DNA of 37,695 bases, taken from contig CAMGRA010000001.1 of assembly GCA_946061345.1 (NCBI GenBank), positions 1-37,695 on the forward strand. Direction: 5' to 3'. Source of the stretch: an uncultured Clostridia bacterium. GTDB lineage: Bacteria > Bacillota > Clostridia > Oscillospirales > Oscillospiraceae. Of the stretch, positions 17,930 through 29,296 are shown in pieces (position 1 is the first letter of the stretch; each line of letters opens with the position of its first letter). The position numbers and the translations under genes are program-made. Under the pieces are notes generated by a model, which searched no databases, was not told the origin of the DNA, and worked only from the letters and a program-made list of their open reading frames with translations.

Positions 17930-18637
17930 TCACGCAAACAGATTGACTAAGATGAACAAGACCGGCTGGTGCAGCAGATAGAAGAACAGGGAATACTTTC
18001 CGACCCAGCGGAAAAACCGCAGGAGGAAGAAGTCGGCGTTCACCCGGGGCAGCAGGCTCTCTCTGCGGCGGTAGATGCTTTTGCCGAGAGCCGCGCCCAC
18101 CAGGAACCAGCCCAGGCCCGGGAAGATGGGGAAATAGTCGCTGCCGACAAAAACACCCTCTGCCCGCAGGCCGATGGGAAAGAGATAAGGGACTTTCACC
18201 GTCAGGGTCTTCATCCAGAAGCCCAGGGCGATAAAGGCCGCGCCGATGACCGCCAGCGCCCAGAAGGGCAGCTTGCGGAACAGGGGATAAAGGATCATGC
18301 ACAGGCCCAGCATATGAAGGATGCCGAACCAGATGCCGATGCCGGTGATCCCGATGACCTTGTCCATATAGAAGGTCACATAGCTGATGAGCAGGCCTGC
18401 GCCGAAGACCGTTACGCCCCGCTTGAGGGTCGAATGGGAGAAGGTCGCGCAGATGCCGGAGATCAGAACGAAGAAAACGTGGCCGTACTGCCGGACAAAG
18501 ACGAACCACCCCGGCAGGGTAAAGCTCATGCCGCCGAAGCGGGACAGGTCAAAGACCAGATGCACGCAGATCATACCCAGGATGCAGATGCCACGCAGGG
18601 CGTCCAGCTCCCAGACGCGCGATTTTTGCGTCGTCAT
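17930..18637 (-). CDS. DUF1624 / heparan-alpha-glucosaminide N-acetyltransferase-like membrane acyltransferase
   Basis: RVWELDALRGICILGMICVH, FGILH, SDYFPIFP and GKYSLFFYLLHQP motifs. Confidence 0.85.
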   Translation of the reverse strand: MTTQKSRVWELDALRGICILGMICVHLVFDLSRFGGMSFTLPGWFVFVRQYGHVFFVLISGICATFSHSTLKRGVTVFGAGLLISYVTFYMDKVIGITGIGIWFGILHMLGLCMILYPLFRKLPFWALAVIGAAFIALGFWMKTLTVKVPYLFPIGLRAEGVFVGSDYFPIFPGLGWFLVGAALGKSIYRRRESLLPRVNADFFLLRFFRWVGKYSLFFYLLHQPVLFILVNLFA

Positions 18638-20334
18638 TGCTTTGCCTCCTCTTCTTCCTCTAATACCCGGTAGGCGACCTTGCCCACCAGGGTCTTGGGC
18701 AGCTCGTCGCGGAATTCGATCTCATAGGGCATGGCGTATTTTGCGATACGCTCCCGGCAATAGGCGAAAAGCTCCTGCCGGATGGCTTCGGAGGGTTCAT
18801 AGCCGGGCCGAAGGACCACGAAAGCCTTGACCCGCTGCATTTTGTAGGGGTCCTTGACACCGATGACACAGGAGATCAGGACCTTCTCGTGGCCGTCGAT
18901 GATGTTTTCCAGCTGGCTGGGATAGACATTGTAGCCGGAGGTGATGATCATGCGCTTGATGCGCTGACGGAAATAGACGAAGCCGTCGGTGTCCATGGAG
19001 CCGAGGTCGCCGGTGTGGAGCCAGATATGACCGTCGTCGTGGCGGCGTAGGGTCTGGGCGGTCTCCTCGGGATTGTTGAGATAGCCGGACATCACCGTCG
19101 GGCCGCAGATGCAGATCTCGCCCTCGGTACCGGCGGAGACCTCTTCGGTGGTGCCGGGCGCTACGATTTTATAATAAGTGTCGGGGAAGGGAATACCGAT
19201 GGAGCCGTCTCTTGCGTAATCAACAGGCGTCAGGCAGCTTGCGGTGACACACTCGGTGGTGCCGTAGCCCTCACGGATCTGGACCTTCGCCTTGTGGGCG
19301 CGGAGGAAGGCGTCCACCTTGTGCTTCAGCTCCACGGACAAAGAGTCGCCGCCGCTGAAAACGCCCATAAGGAAGGACATATCCAAATTATCCAAGTCCG
19401 GTGTGCGCAGCAGGGCTTCAAACAAAGTGGGAACGCCGGGAATGAAGTTGGGATGCTTGGTTTTCAGCAGTTTGGCGTAGGTCTTGATGTTGAAATTGGG
19501 CACTAAGATACACTTTGCGCCGCCCACCAGAGCCGTATGGATACCGATGCCCAGACCGAAGCCGTGGAAGATGGGCATGACCGAGAGCATGGAGCAGCCG
19601 ACAATCTTCTCATAGCCGCTGGCGGCGATGGTCTGCAGGGCCAGGGCGTTAAAGTTCAGGCTTGTCAGGCAGATACCCTTGGTGGTGCCGGTGGTGCCGC
19701 CGGAATAGAGAATGGAGGCGCAGTTCTCGGCGCGTCCGTCGTCGGGGGGAAGGGTGGCTGCGGCCTGCTTGAGGGCACGGGTCCAGAGGACATAGCTGTC
19801 GTCCTTGGGCAGCTTGGGGAACTTCCGTGCCTCCGTCAGGGAAAAGCCCAGCTTCAGCGCCAAGCCCAGTTCATCCTGGAGCCTGGCGATGAGCAGCATC
19901 GCGTTTCCCTTTGAGCGGGAAATGGCCGTATGGACCTTCCCGTAGAAGCGGTCCAGGGTCAAAATCGCCTTGCTCTCGGAGATGTCCAGGTAAAAGCTGA
20001 TCTCCTCCGTTGCCGAGAGGGGATGGATCATGTTGGACACGGCGCCCAGACGGTTCAGGGCGTAGAAGCAGTCCAGCGCCTGGGGCGTGTTGGGCATACA
20101 GATGGTCACCCGGTCACCCTTGCGGATGCCCAGGGCGTAGAGGGCGCGGGCGGCAAGATCGATCCGCTGCAGGAAGGACTTGTAGCTGGTCCGGCGGCCC
20201 ATGAATTCATAGGCGGTTAGGTCCGGATAGGTCCGGGCGGTCCGGGCCACAAGCTGATAGGTGGTCAGAGACGGATAGTCGATGCTTTTCGGCATGGAGC
20301 CGTAATAATCGAGCCATGGAGCTTTCAAAGTCAT
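18634..20334 (-). CDS. AMP-binding acyl-CoA synthetase (long-chain fatty acid-CoA ligase-like)
   Basis: YSGGTTGTTKG, EGYGTTE, WLHTGDLG, SGYNVYP and LPKTLVGK adenylation motifs. Confidence 0.92.
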   Translation of the reverse strand: MTLKAPWLDYYGSMPKSIDYPSLTTYQLVARTARTYPDLTAYEFMGRRTSYKSFLQRIDLAARALYALGIRKGDRVTICMPNTPQALDCFYALNRLGAVSNMIHPLSATEEISFYLDISESKAILTLDRFYGKVHTAISRSKGNAMLLIARLQDELGLALKLGFSLTEARKFPKLPKDDSYVLWTRALKQAAATLPPDDGRAENCASILYSGGTTGTTKGICLTSLNFNALALQTIAASGYEKIVGCSMLSVMPIFHGFGLGIGIHTALVGGAKCILVPNFNIKTYAKLLKTKHPNFIPGVPTLFEALLRTPDLDNLDMSFLMGVFSGGDSLSVELKHKVDAFLRAHKAKVQIREGYGTTECVTASCLTPVDYARDGSIGIPFPDTYYKIVAPGTTEEVSAGTEGEICICGPTVMSGYLNNPEETAQTLRRHDDGHIWLHTGDLGSMDTDGFVYFRQRIKRMIITSGYNVYPSQLENIIDGHEKVLISCVIGVKDPYKMQRVKAFVVLRPGYEPSEAIRQELFAYCRERIAKYAMPYEIEFRDELPKTLVGKVAYRVLEEEEEAKQ

Positions 20335-20519
20335 TTTACAATTTCCCTTTTCGTAAGATATACAAAATTAAAATAGCAGAATCCGCTGAAAAAAGAAAGA
20401 TACAATTTTTTGCATTTGCCAAAGAAAGGGGGAATTTTTGCAGGGAGAAAAACTTGGGCTTTATTTCCGAAAGAAAATGTACTAAAATGTAGAAGAGAAA
20501 CTAAAAAGGCGGAAAAGCT

Positions 20520-22886
20520 ATGACTAAGAATTTTGAAGAACGTTTTTTGACTGCGCGGCGGGAATACATCGCCCGGCAGTTTTCCAATATGAATCCCCGG
20601 CAGCTTGAGGCGGTGCTGACCACGGAGGGACCGCTGCTGCTGCTGGCAGGGGCGGGAAGCGGCAAGACCACGGTGCTGATCCACCGTATTGCCAATCTGA
20701 TCCGCTTTGGCTGCGGCGCGGACAGCAAGGAGATCCTGGAGAATGTCACCGAGGAGGACGTGATCTTTTTGGAGAGGGAGCTGTCCAACCCAACGGATAG
20801 CTGGTGCGCAGAACGCCTGTGTATGCTGCACCCTGCCGACCCATGGAGCATCATCGCCATCACCTTTACCAACAAGGCCGCCAACGAGCTGAAGGACCGT
20901 CTGGCCGGACTTCTGGGCGCTCAGGGCGAGGGCGTGTGGGCCATGACCTTCCACAGCGCCTGCTGCCGTATCCTGCGGCGGGAGATCGAGCGCCTGGGCT
21001 ACAGCAGTAGCTTTACCATCTATGACACCGCCGATTCCGAGCGGGTCATGAAGGAGGTCCTGCGGGACCGTAACCTTGACGAGAAGGTATTCCCTCCGAG
21101 GGCTGTTCTGGGCTTGATTTCCAAGGCAAAGGACAAGCAGCAATCGCCTGTGGAATTTGCCAGCCATACCGGCGACGACTTCCGCCTGAAACGGATCGCC
21201 GAGCTTTACGGCGATTACCAGCAGCGTCTCAAGGCCGCCAACGCGGTGGATTTCGACGACATTATTCTGCTGACGGTCCAGCTACTGCAGCAGTTTGAGG
21301 AGGTGCGGGACTACTATCAGCGCAAATTCCGCTATGTCCTCATCGACGAGTACCAGGATACCAACAATCTGCAGTATCTTTTGGCCTCCCTCCTGGCCGG
21401 ACGCTACGAAAACATCTGCGTGGTGGGCGACGACGACCAGAGCATCTACCGCTTCCGCGGTGCGACGATCCAGAATATTCTGGACTTTGAATCGCAGTTC
21501 CACGGGGCCAAGGTCATCCGCCTGGAGCAGAATTACCGCTCCACCCAGTCCATTCTGGACGCTGCCAACGCGGTAATCTCCAACAATTTGGGCCGCAAGG
21601 GCAAGCGCCTGTGGACCAACAACAGCGTGGGGGAGAAGATCCTCCACTATGAGGCCGCCAATGAGAGCGACGAGGCTGCTTTTGTCGCCAACAACATCCT
21701 CTCCGAGTCCAAGGGCAGGCATCTAAACGACTTCGCCATTCTTTACCGCACCAACGCCCAGTCCAACGCCCTGGAATATGCCTTCAAGCGCAGCGGTGTG
21801 CGCTACCGCATCATCGGCGGCACCCGTTTCTTTGACCGGGCCGAGGTCAAGGATATGCTGGCCTATCTCTGGGTCATCAACAACCGTGCCGACGACCTGC
21901 GCCTCAAGCGCATCCTCAACCAGCCGCCCCGGGGCATCGGCGCAAAGACGGTGGAGGCCATCGAGCGGCTGTGTACGGCGGCGGGCACGCCCATGTATAC
22001 GGTCATCAGCGATCCCTACAATTATCCGGCCATGGAGCGCTCCGCCGCAAAGCTGATGGCCTTTACCGTCATGATCGAGGAGTGCGCCGAGCTGCTCAAT
22101 ACCCTGTCGCTGCCGGACTTCTATGAGGAGCTGCTCATCCGCACGGGCTATGTGGCCATGCTGGAGCAGAAGGACGATCTGGAGAACCGCGCCCGGCTGG
22201 AAAACGTCCGAGAACTGAAATCCTCCATTCTGACCTATATGGAGAATACCGACGAGCCTACCCTCAGCGGCTTTTTGGAGGAGATCGCTCTCTACACGGA
22301 CATTGAGCAGTATGACAAGGACGCCGACGCGGTGGTGATGATGACCATGCACGCGGCAAAGGGTCTGGAATTCCCCAATGTCTATATCGTCGGCTGCGAG
22401 GAAGGGTTGTTTCCCGGGATGCGCTCCATCGGTGACCGGGAGGAGATGGAGGAGGAGCGCCGCCTGTGCTACGTCGCCATCACCCGGGCGAAACAGCGGC
22501 TGACCATCACCAGCGCCCGTCAGCGTATGCTCTACGGCCATACCACTGTCAACCGGCCCTCCCGGTTCCTCAAGGAGATCCCCGAGGAGCTGCTGCTGGA
22601 AAAATCCTCCGCTGCGCCCAAGCCCTGTTCCGATTACGGCGCTTATGCGCCCAAGCCCCAAACGCCGCGCCGCAGTATCGATTCCTTTATGACGCCGAAA
22701 AGAACCGCTGCCGCGCCGGAATTTTTCAAGGGCGATATGGTCGTTCACGATGTTTTCGGCAGGGGCATGGTCCTCAATGTACTGAAAATGGGCAACGACG
22801 CCATGTTGGAAATCGCCTTTGACCAGGTGGGGACCAAGCGCCTCATGGCAGGCGCGGCTTCCACCCGCATGAAAAAACAGGCATAA
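20520..22886 (+). CDS. pcrA: ATP-dependent DNA helicase PcrA/UvrD
   Basis: AGAGSGKTT, ITFTNKAA, IDEYQDTN, VGDDDQSIYRFRGA, LEQNYRS, TMHAAKGLEF, EEERRLCYVAITRA; C-terminal Tudor-like domain. Confidence 0.95.
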   Translation: MTKNFEERFLTARREYIARQFSNMNPRQLEAVLTTEGPLLLLAGAGSGKTTVLIHRIANLIRFGCGADSKEILENVTEEDVIFLERELSNPTDSWCAERLCMLHPADPWSIIAITFTNKAANELKDRLAGLLGAQGEGVWAMTFHSACCRILRREIERLGYSSSFTIYDTADSERVMKEVLRDRNLDEKVFPPRAVLGLISKAKDKQQSPVEFASHTGDDFRLKRIAELYGDYQQRLKAANAVDFDDIILLTVQLLQQFEEVRDYYQRKFRYVLIDEYQDTNNLQYLLASLLAGRYENICVVGDDDQSIYRFRGATIQNILDFESQFHGAKVIRLEQNYRSTQSILDAANAVISNNLGRKGKRLWTNNSVGEKILHYEAANESDEAAFVANNILSESKGRHLNDFAILYRTNAQSNALEYAFKRSGVRYRIIGGTRFFDRAEVKDMLAYLWVINNRADDLRLKRILNQPPRGIGAKTVEAIERLCTAAGTPMYTVISDPYNYPAMERSAAKLMAFTVMIEECAELLNTLSLPDFYEELLIRTGYVAMLEQKDDLENRARLENVRELKSSILTYMENTDEPTLSGFLEEIALYTDIEQYDKDADAVVMMTMHAAKGLEFPNVYIVGCEEGLFPGMRSIGDREEMEEERRLCYVAITRAKQRLTITSARQRMLYGHTTVNRPSRFLKEIPEELLLEKSSAAPKPCSDYGAYAPKPQTPRRSIDSFMTPKRTAAAPEFFKGDMVVHDVFGRGMVLNVLKMGNDAMLEIAFDQVGTKRLMAGAASTRMKKQA

Positions 22887-22910
22887 CATCCCGCCCGCCG
22901 CCATAGGAAT
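22881..22910 (+). promoter_or_regulatory. Candidate sigmaE-type sporulation promoter of yunB
   Basis: GCATAAC-14 nt-CATAGGAAT, resembling the Bacillus sigmaE consensus. Confidence 0.5.
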
Positions 22911-22925
22911 AGGCGGGGTGATAGG

Positions 22926-25549
<2,624 letters not shown>

Positions 25550-25596
25550 AAGCGAGTTGCGCCCGGAAAACGACCTGCGCGGAAAGGGAGAAACAC

Positions 25597-26922
25597 ATGA
25601 GAAAATTCCTTGCGATCATTGTTTGCAGACTGATAAAATTCATCGGCGGCTTAGTGGGAAAGGGGACAAGCCTGCCGGGCAAATTTGCCCTCAAGCTCTG
25701 TCCCGACGTACTGCGCCGCATTGAACTGCCCAAAACCGTTGTGGCCGTCACCGGTAGCAACGGCAAGACCTCCACGGTAGAGATGATCGCCTCGGTCCTG
25801 CAGGCTGCGGGAAAGACCGTCGCCTACAACGCCGAGGGCTCTAACCAGATCGAGGGCGTCACCACTATGATCCTCAGCTCCTGCACCCTGAGCGGAAAAA
25901 TGAAACAGGACGTGCTGCTGATCGAGTCGGACGAGCGCTATGCCAAGCTGACCTTCCGCTGGTTCCATCCGACCTACTATGTCATCACCAACCTCTACCG
26001 CGACCAGCTTACCCGCAACGGCCATCCCGAATGGGTCTTTGACGCCATTGCCGAGAGCATCCACGACGATACGACCCTGCTGCTCAACGCCGACGACCCC
26101 ATGGTCTCGCTCTTTGGGCGGGGCAGGGACAAGGTTCTGTGGTTTGGCCTTGACCACTCTGCGACTGACACCGACTCGTTCTCAGGTGCCTACAACGACG
26201 GCCTGTACTGCCCGGTGTGCGGCAAGCCCATGGTGTATGACTACTACCACTTCAACCATGTGGGCAGCTACCGCTGCACGGCCTGCGGCTTTGCCCGCCA
26301 CGGAACGGACTTCACCGTCACCGGCATCGACCTGGATGAAAGCCGCATCACGGTCAACGGAGAGAATGAGATCCGCCTGGCCTTCCGCAGCATCTATAAT
26401 ATATATAACATTCTGTCAGCCTACGCCGTCTGCACCCTTGTGGGCGTACCCGAGGCGGAGACGGCCAGGCGGATGAGCAACTATATCCTGAAAAACGGCA
26501 GATACGTGGAATTCACCCTGGGCAGCCACAAGGGCACTTTCCTGATCTCCAAGCACGAAAATTCCATCTCATATGATATGTCCCTGAAATATGCCCTGGC
26601 GGGAAACAAGCCTTGCAGCTTCGTCATCATCGTCGACGCCGTCAGCCGGAAGTATTTCACCAGCGACACCTCCTGGCTCTGGGACATCGACTTCGGACAG
26701 CTTGCCAGCGCCTCGGTGAAGAACATCTATCTCTGCGGCAAATACTGCAACGATCTGGCAATGCGCTTCTCCTTTACGGGTATTCCCGCAGAAAAGATCA
26801 AGGTCTTTGAGGACATTGACGCAGCCTGTGCAGAGCTTCGCAGCAGCGGCGACGAGCAGTTGTTTGCCGTGACCTGCTTCTCGGACAAGGAGAAATTCAT
26901 GTCCAACGTGACTGTGAAATGA
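25597..26922 (+). CDS. murT: MurT-type Mur ligase (lipid II amidotransferase subunit, DUF1727 domain)
   Basis: GTSLPGK, VTGSNGKTST, TNLYRDQLTRNG, LNADDP, Cys4 zinc site CPVC...CTAC, DTSWLWDIDF. Confidence 0.9.
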   Translation: MRKFLAIIVCRLIKFIGGLVGKGTSLPGKFALKLCPDVLRRIELPKTVVAVTGSNGKTSTVEMIASVLQAAGKTVAYNAEGSNQIEGVTTMILSSCTLSGKMKQDVLLIESDERYAKLTFRWFHPTYYVITNLYRDQLTRNGHPEWVFDAIAESIHDDTTLLLNADDPMVSLFGRGRDKVLWFGLDHSATDTDSFSGAYNDGLYCPVCGKPMVYDYYHFNHVGSYRCTACGFARHGTDFTVTGIDLDESRITVNGENEIRLAFRSIYNIYNILSAYAVCTLVGVPEAETARRMSNYILKNGRYVEFTLGSHKGTFLISKHENSISYDMSLKYALAGNKPCSFVIIVDAVSRKYFTSDTSWLWDIDFGQLASASVKNIYLCGKYCNDLAMRFSFTGIPAEKIKVFEDIDAACAELRSSGDEQLFAVTCFSDKEKFMSNVTVK

Positions 26923-26930
26923 GGATGGCT

Positions 26931-27650
26931 ATGGAAAAAAAGCTCCTGCATCTTTATGATGACGTGATGAATCTCTACGGAGAATATGCCAACGTGGCGG
27001 TTTTGGCGCGGTACCTGCGGGACCTGGGCTTCCAGGTGCAGGTGGAGACGCTTTCCCTCTATGAAACGAAGGACATCTCCGGCTACGATTTCTATTATAT
27101 GGGCTCCGGCACAGAGCGAAAGCAGAAGCTGGCCATGACGCAGCTCATGCAGTACCGGGAGGCACTGGCGGCAGCCTGCGATGAAGGAAAAACCATGCTC
27201 TTTACGGGCAACAGCTTTGAGCTTCTGGGCCGGACCGTCACCGATGCCGCCGGAAATACCTATGAGGCTTTGGGCCTGGCGGACTTTACGACGGTGGAGA
27301 GCAAGCGCCGCATCACCGGCGACTGCATTATGAGCTTTGACGGTTTTCCTGAGCCGCTGGTGGGCTTTATCAACAAGTGCAGCCGAACCTGCGGCGTGAA
27401 AACACCCCTGTTTCAGACGGAAATGGGCTTCGGCAACGAGGCAGAACGGGGCGCCGAGGGCTTCCGCAAAAACAACTGTCTGGGTACCCACCTGACCGGC
27501 CCCATCCTGGTAAAGAATCCCGCCATGCTCCGCTATGTAGCTGGGCTTCTCGGCGCGGAGCACCCGGAGCAGGTGCGCTATGACTTCATGGAAAAGGGTT
27601 ATGAGACCACCGTCTCCGAGCTAACAAAACGTATGGAGGCTATGAAATAA
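26931..27650 (+). CDS. gatD: GatD/CobQ-like glutamine amidotransferase subunit with degenerate active site
   Basis: HLYDDVMNLYGEYAN, MGFGN, EG...LGTHLTGPILVKNP; follows murT; start could be 26919, 26925 or 26931. Confidence 0.85.
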   Translation: MEKKLLHLYDDVMNLYGEYANVAVLARYLRDLGFQVQVETLSLYETKDISGYDFYYMGSGTERKQKLAMTQLMQYREALAAACDEGKTMLFTGNSFELLGRTVTDAAGNTYEALGLADFTTVESKRRITGDCIMSFDGFPEPLVGFINKCSRTCGVKTPLFQTEMGFGNEAERGAEGFRKNNCLGTHLTGPILVKNPAMLRYVAGLLGAEHPEQVRYDFMEKGYETTVSELTKRMEAMK

Positions 27651-27655
27651 AGAAC

Positions 27656-27686
27656 AACGGCTGCGAAATCCGATTTCGCAGCCGTT
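27656..27686. terminator. Terminator hairpin between convergent gatD and ribU
   Basis: 14-bp perfect stem aacggctgcgaaat/atttcgcagccgtt. Confidence 0.8.
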
Positions 27687-27718
27687 AAACTTTCTTCCTG
27701 AGTATGCAAAGACAGGCA

Positions 27719-28375
27719 TTATAGAATGTTGTTATAGTGCAGAAGAAGCAAAACGCAGACCGTGAGAATCACCACAGCGGCGATCCAGACCCACACTTTT
27801 CCTTTGCGCGCGGGCCTGGTGGCGAGGCTGCTCTGGGGGAACAGGCCGACGCGGCGCAGACCCTGCACCAGCGGACGGTAGAGCAGGATCGTAATGGCAC
27901 TGTTGAGGCCGCTTTTCAGCAGGTTAAAGGGCAGAAACACGGGAACGAGCATTGCCGCCACGTCGGCACGGGAGGTCCCCATGTAGAGAGGCGTCAGTGC
28001 ATAATTCCAAAGGAGCATCACCACTGTCATGGACAGGGAGCCGAGAAGCAGGCCGAGAACTGCGCCGGACAAGGTGTGCTTTTTTTTGTAAATAACAGCG
28101 GCAGTTCCGGCAAAGGCGGCGGAGCTTAAAAAGTTCATTACCATACCGATCCAGCCCGTTGAGCTGATGGTCAAAAACTCCAGGAACGAGACGACCAGGG
28201 AGATGATCAGCGCGGCGGACGGACCGTAGAGGAAGCCGCCGAAAGCGATGATCACATCCTTCGGTTCATAGTTGAGAAAGAGAACGGCGGGGATCCGCAC
28301 CAGTGCGACGACGACAAAGGCCACGGCGCAGAGCATGGCGAGGACGGTCAGCTTTTTGGTTTGTTCGTGCTTCAT
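27719..28375 (-). CDS. ribU: ECF transporter S component, riboflavin (RibU-like)
   Basis: Multi-TM S-component motifs FLNYEPKD, GGFLYGP, WNYALTPLY and PFNLLK; lies downstream of an FMN riboswitch; RBS GGAGG. Confidence 0.88.
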   Translation of the reverse strand: MKHEQTKKLTVLAMLCAVAFVVVALVRIPAVLFLNYEPKDVIIAFGGFLYGPSAALIISLVVSFLEFLTISSTGWIGMVMNFLSSAAFAGTAAVIYKKKHTLSGAVLGLLLGSLSMTVVMLLWNYALTPLYMGTSRADVAAMLVPVFLPFNLLKSGLNSAITILLYRPLVQGLRRVGLFPQSSLATRPARKGKVWVWIAAVVILTVCVLLLLHYNNIL

Positions 28376-28394
28376 TTGTAAATGCCTCCAACGA

Positions 28395-28426
28395 TAAAAA
28401 TGCCCGAAGGTAGATCCTCCGGGCAT
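28395..28426 (-). terminator. Riboswitch expression-platform terminator
   Basis: mRNA AUGCCCGGAGG-loop-CCUUCGGGCAU-UUUUAU between aptamer and RBS. Confidence 0.85.
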
Positions 28427-28454
28427 AAAAATAAAACAAGAATTCTATAAGCAC

Positions 28455-28563
28455 GTCTTCTTCCATCCAGACTTTACTGTCGGTATCGGAATTGCACCGA
28501 TTCCTGCGCAAAAGCGCTCGCGGACTTTACCGCCGGTCGGGAATTTCACCCTGCCCTGAAGAC
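28455..28563 (-). ncRNA. FMN riboswitch (RFN element)
   Basis: GUCUUCAGGGCAGGGUGAAAUUCCCGACCGGCGGUAAAGUCCGCGAG...GGUGCAAUUCCGAUACCGACAGUAAAGUCUGGAUGGAAGAAGAC matches the RFN consensus; P1 GUCUUC/GAAGAC closes. Confidence 0.96.
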
Positions 28564-28582
28564 CAATATTCGATTGTAATTA

Positions 28583-28611
28583 ATTATAACCGATTTGTAA
28601 TCAAAATGCAA
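28583..28611 (-). promoter_or_regulatory. sigmaA-type promoter of the riboswitch-ribU transcript
   Basis: TTGCAT-17 nt-TATAAT. Confidence 0.75.
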
Positions 28612-28650
28612 GTCTTTTTTTGCATTTCCTTTTATGTTATAATCAATGTG

Positions 28651-29217
28651 TCATTCTGCAGGTGCTTCCTGTGACGGAGCCACGGATTCACCGGTTTCCG
28701 CCGGAAGCTCTGTCGGCTCCGTGGCGGAGGACGTATCCTCCGTGGGTATCGTTTCACCGGGCTTCTGGAAGCCGTGGATGATGCCGTCGGGCGCGGTGTT
28801 GGTCACGTCGCCACCGATGATGCGTCCCTCATAGACCAGAATACTGGCGTAGACCGGCTGGGTCGCGTCGGGATAGTTCAGGATCTCATAGACGTAGCGC
28901 ATGGCCTCTTTTCCTGCGTAGGCGGTCAGATCGAAGCCCTGGCTTTTTTGCAGATCGTTGTAGCGGGCGAAGACCTCATTGTCGGCGGCGTCGGGGATCT
29001 TGACCTTCTGGACCTCCGTCGGCTCGCCGTTGACGCTCCAGCCGAAGGTAGCCAGATAGGCGATGCGGTCGTCGTTGGTCTCACCGACGGGCGCGCCGTC
29101 CGGCACAAGTCCGCCGCCGGAGGTAGCCAGGAGAACGATGATCAGGATCGCGGCCAGCAGGATGAGCCCCGCCGCAAGGAGCTTGGATTTCGATAATTTG
29201 GCAGTCAGAACAAACAT
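28651..29217 (-). CDS. DUF4830 domain membrane-anchored protein
   Basis: TNDDRIAYLATFGW, YNDLQKSQGFDL...YAGK, YEILNYP and IIGGDV signatures; start MFVLTAK at 29217; acidic Pro/Thr-rich tail. Confidence 0.85.
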   Translation of the reverse strand: MFVLTAKLSKSKLLAAGLILLAAILIIVLLATSGGGLVPDGAPVGETNDDRIAYLATFGWSVNGEPTEVQKVKIPDAADNEVFARYNDLQKSQGFDLTAYAGKEAMRYVYEILNYPDATQPVYASILVYEGRIIGGDVTNTAPDGIIHGFQKPGETIPTEDTSSATEPTELPAETGESVAPSQEAPAE

Positions 29218-29251
29218 AGGATCCCCCCGAATAAGTAATTGTTGGTGGTAA

Positions 29252-29280
29252 ACTGTATGTCCGCCCGGGGGAAAATATGC
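29252..29280 (-). promoter_or_regulatory. Candidate sigmaE-type promoter of the DUF4830 gene
   Basis: GCATATT-14 nt-CATACAGT, a close match to the sigmaE consensus. Confidence 0.6.
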
Positions 29281-29296
29281 CGGAAGGAGCATCGCT

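Noticed and set aside
28376-28511. ORF 28266..28511 and the upstream extension of ribU to 28426
   Set aside because: They run through the FMN riboswitch and its terminator; the RBS-supported start is 28375.
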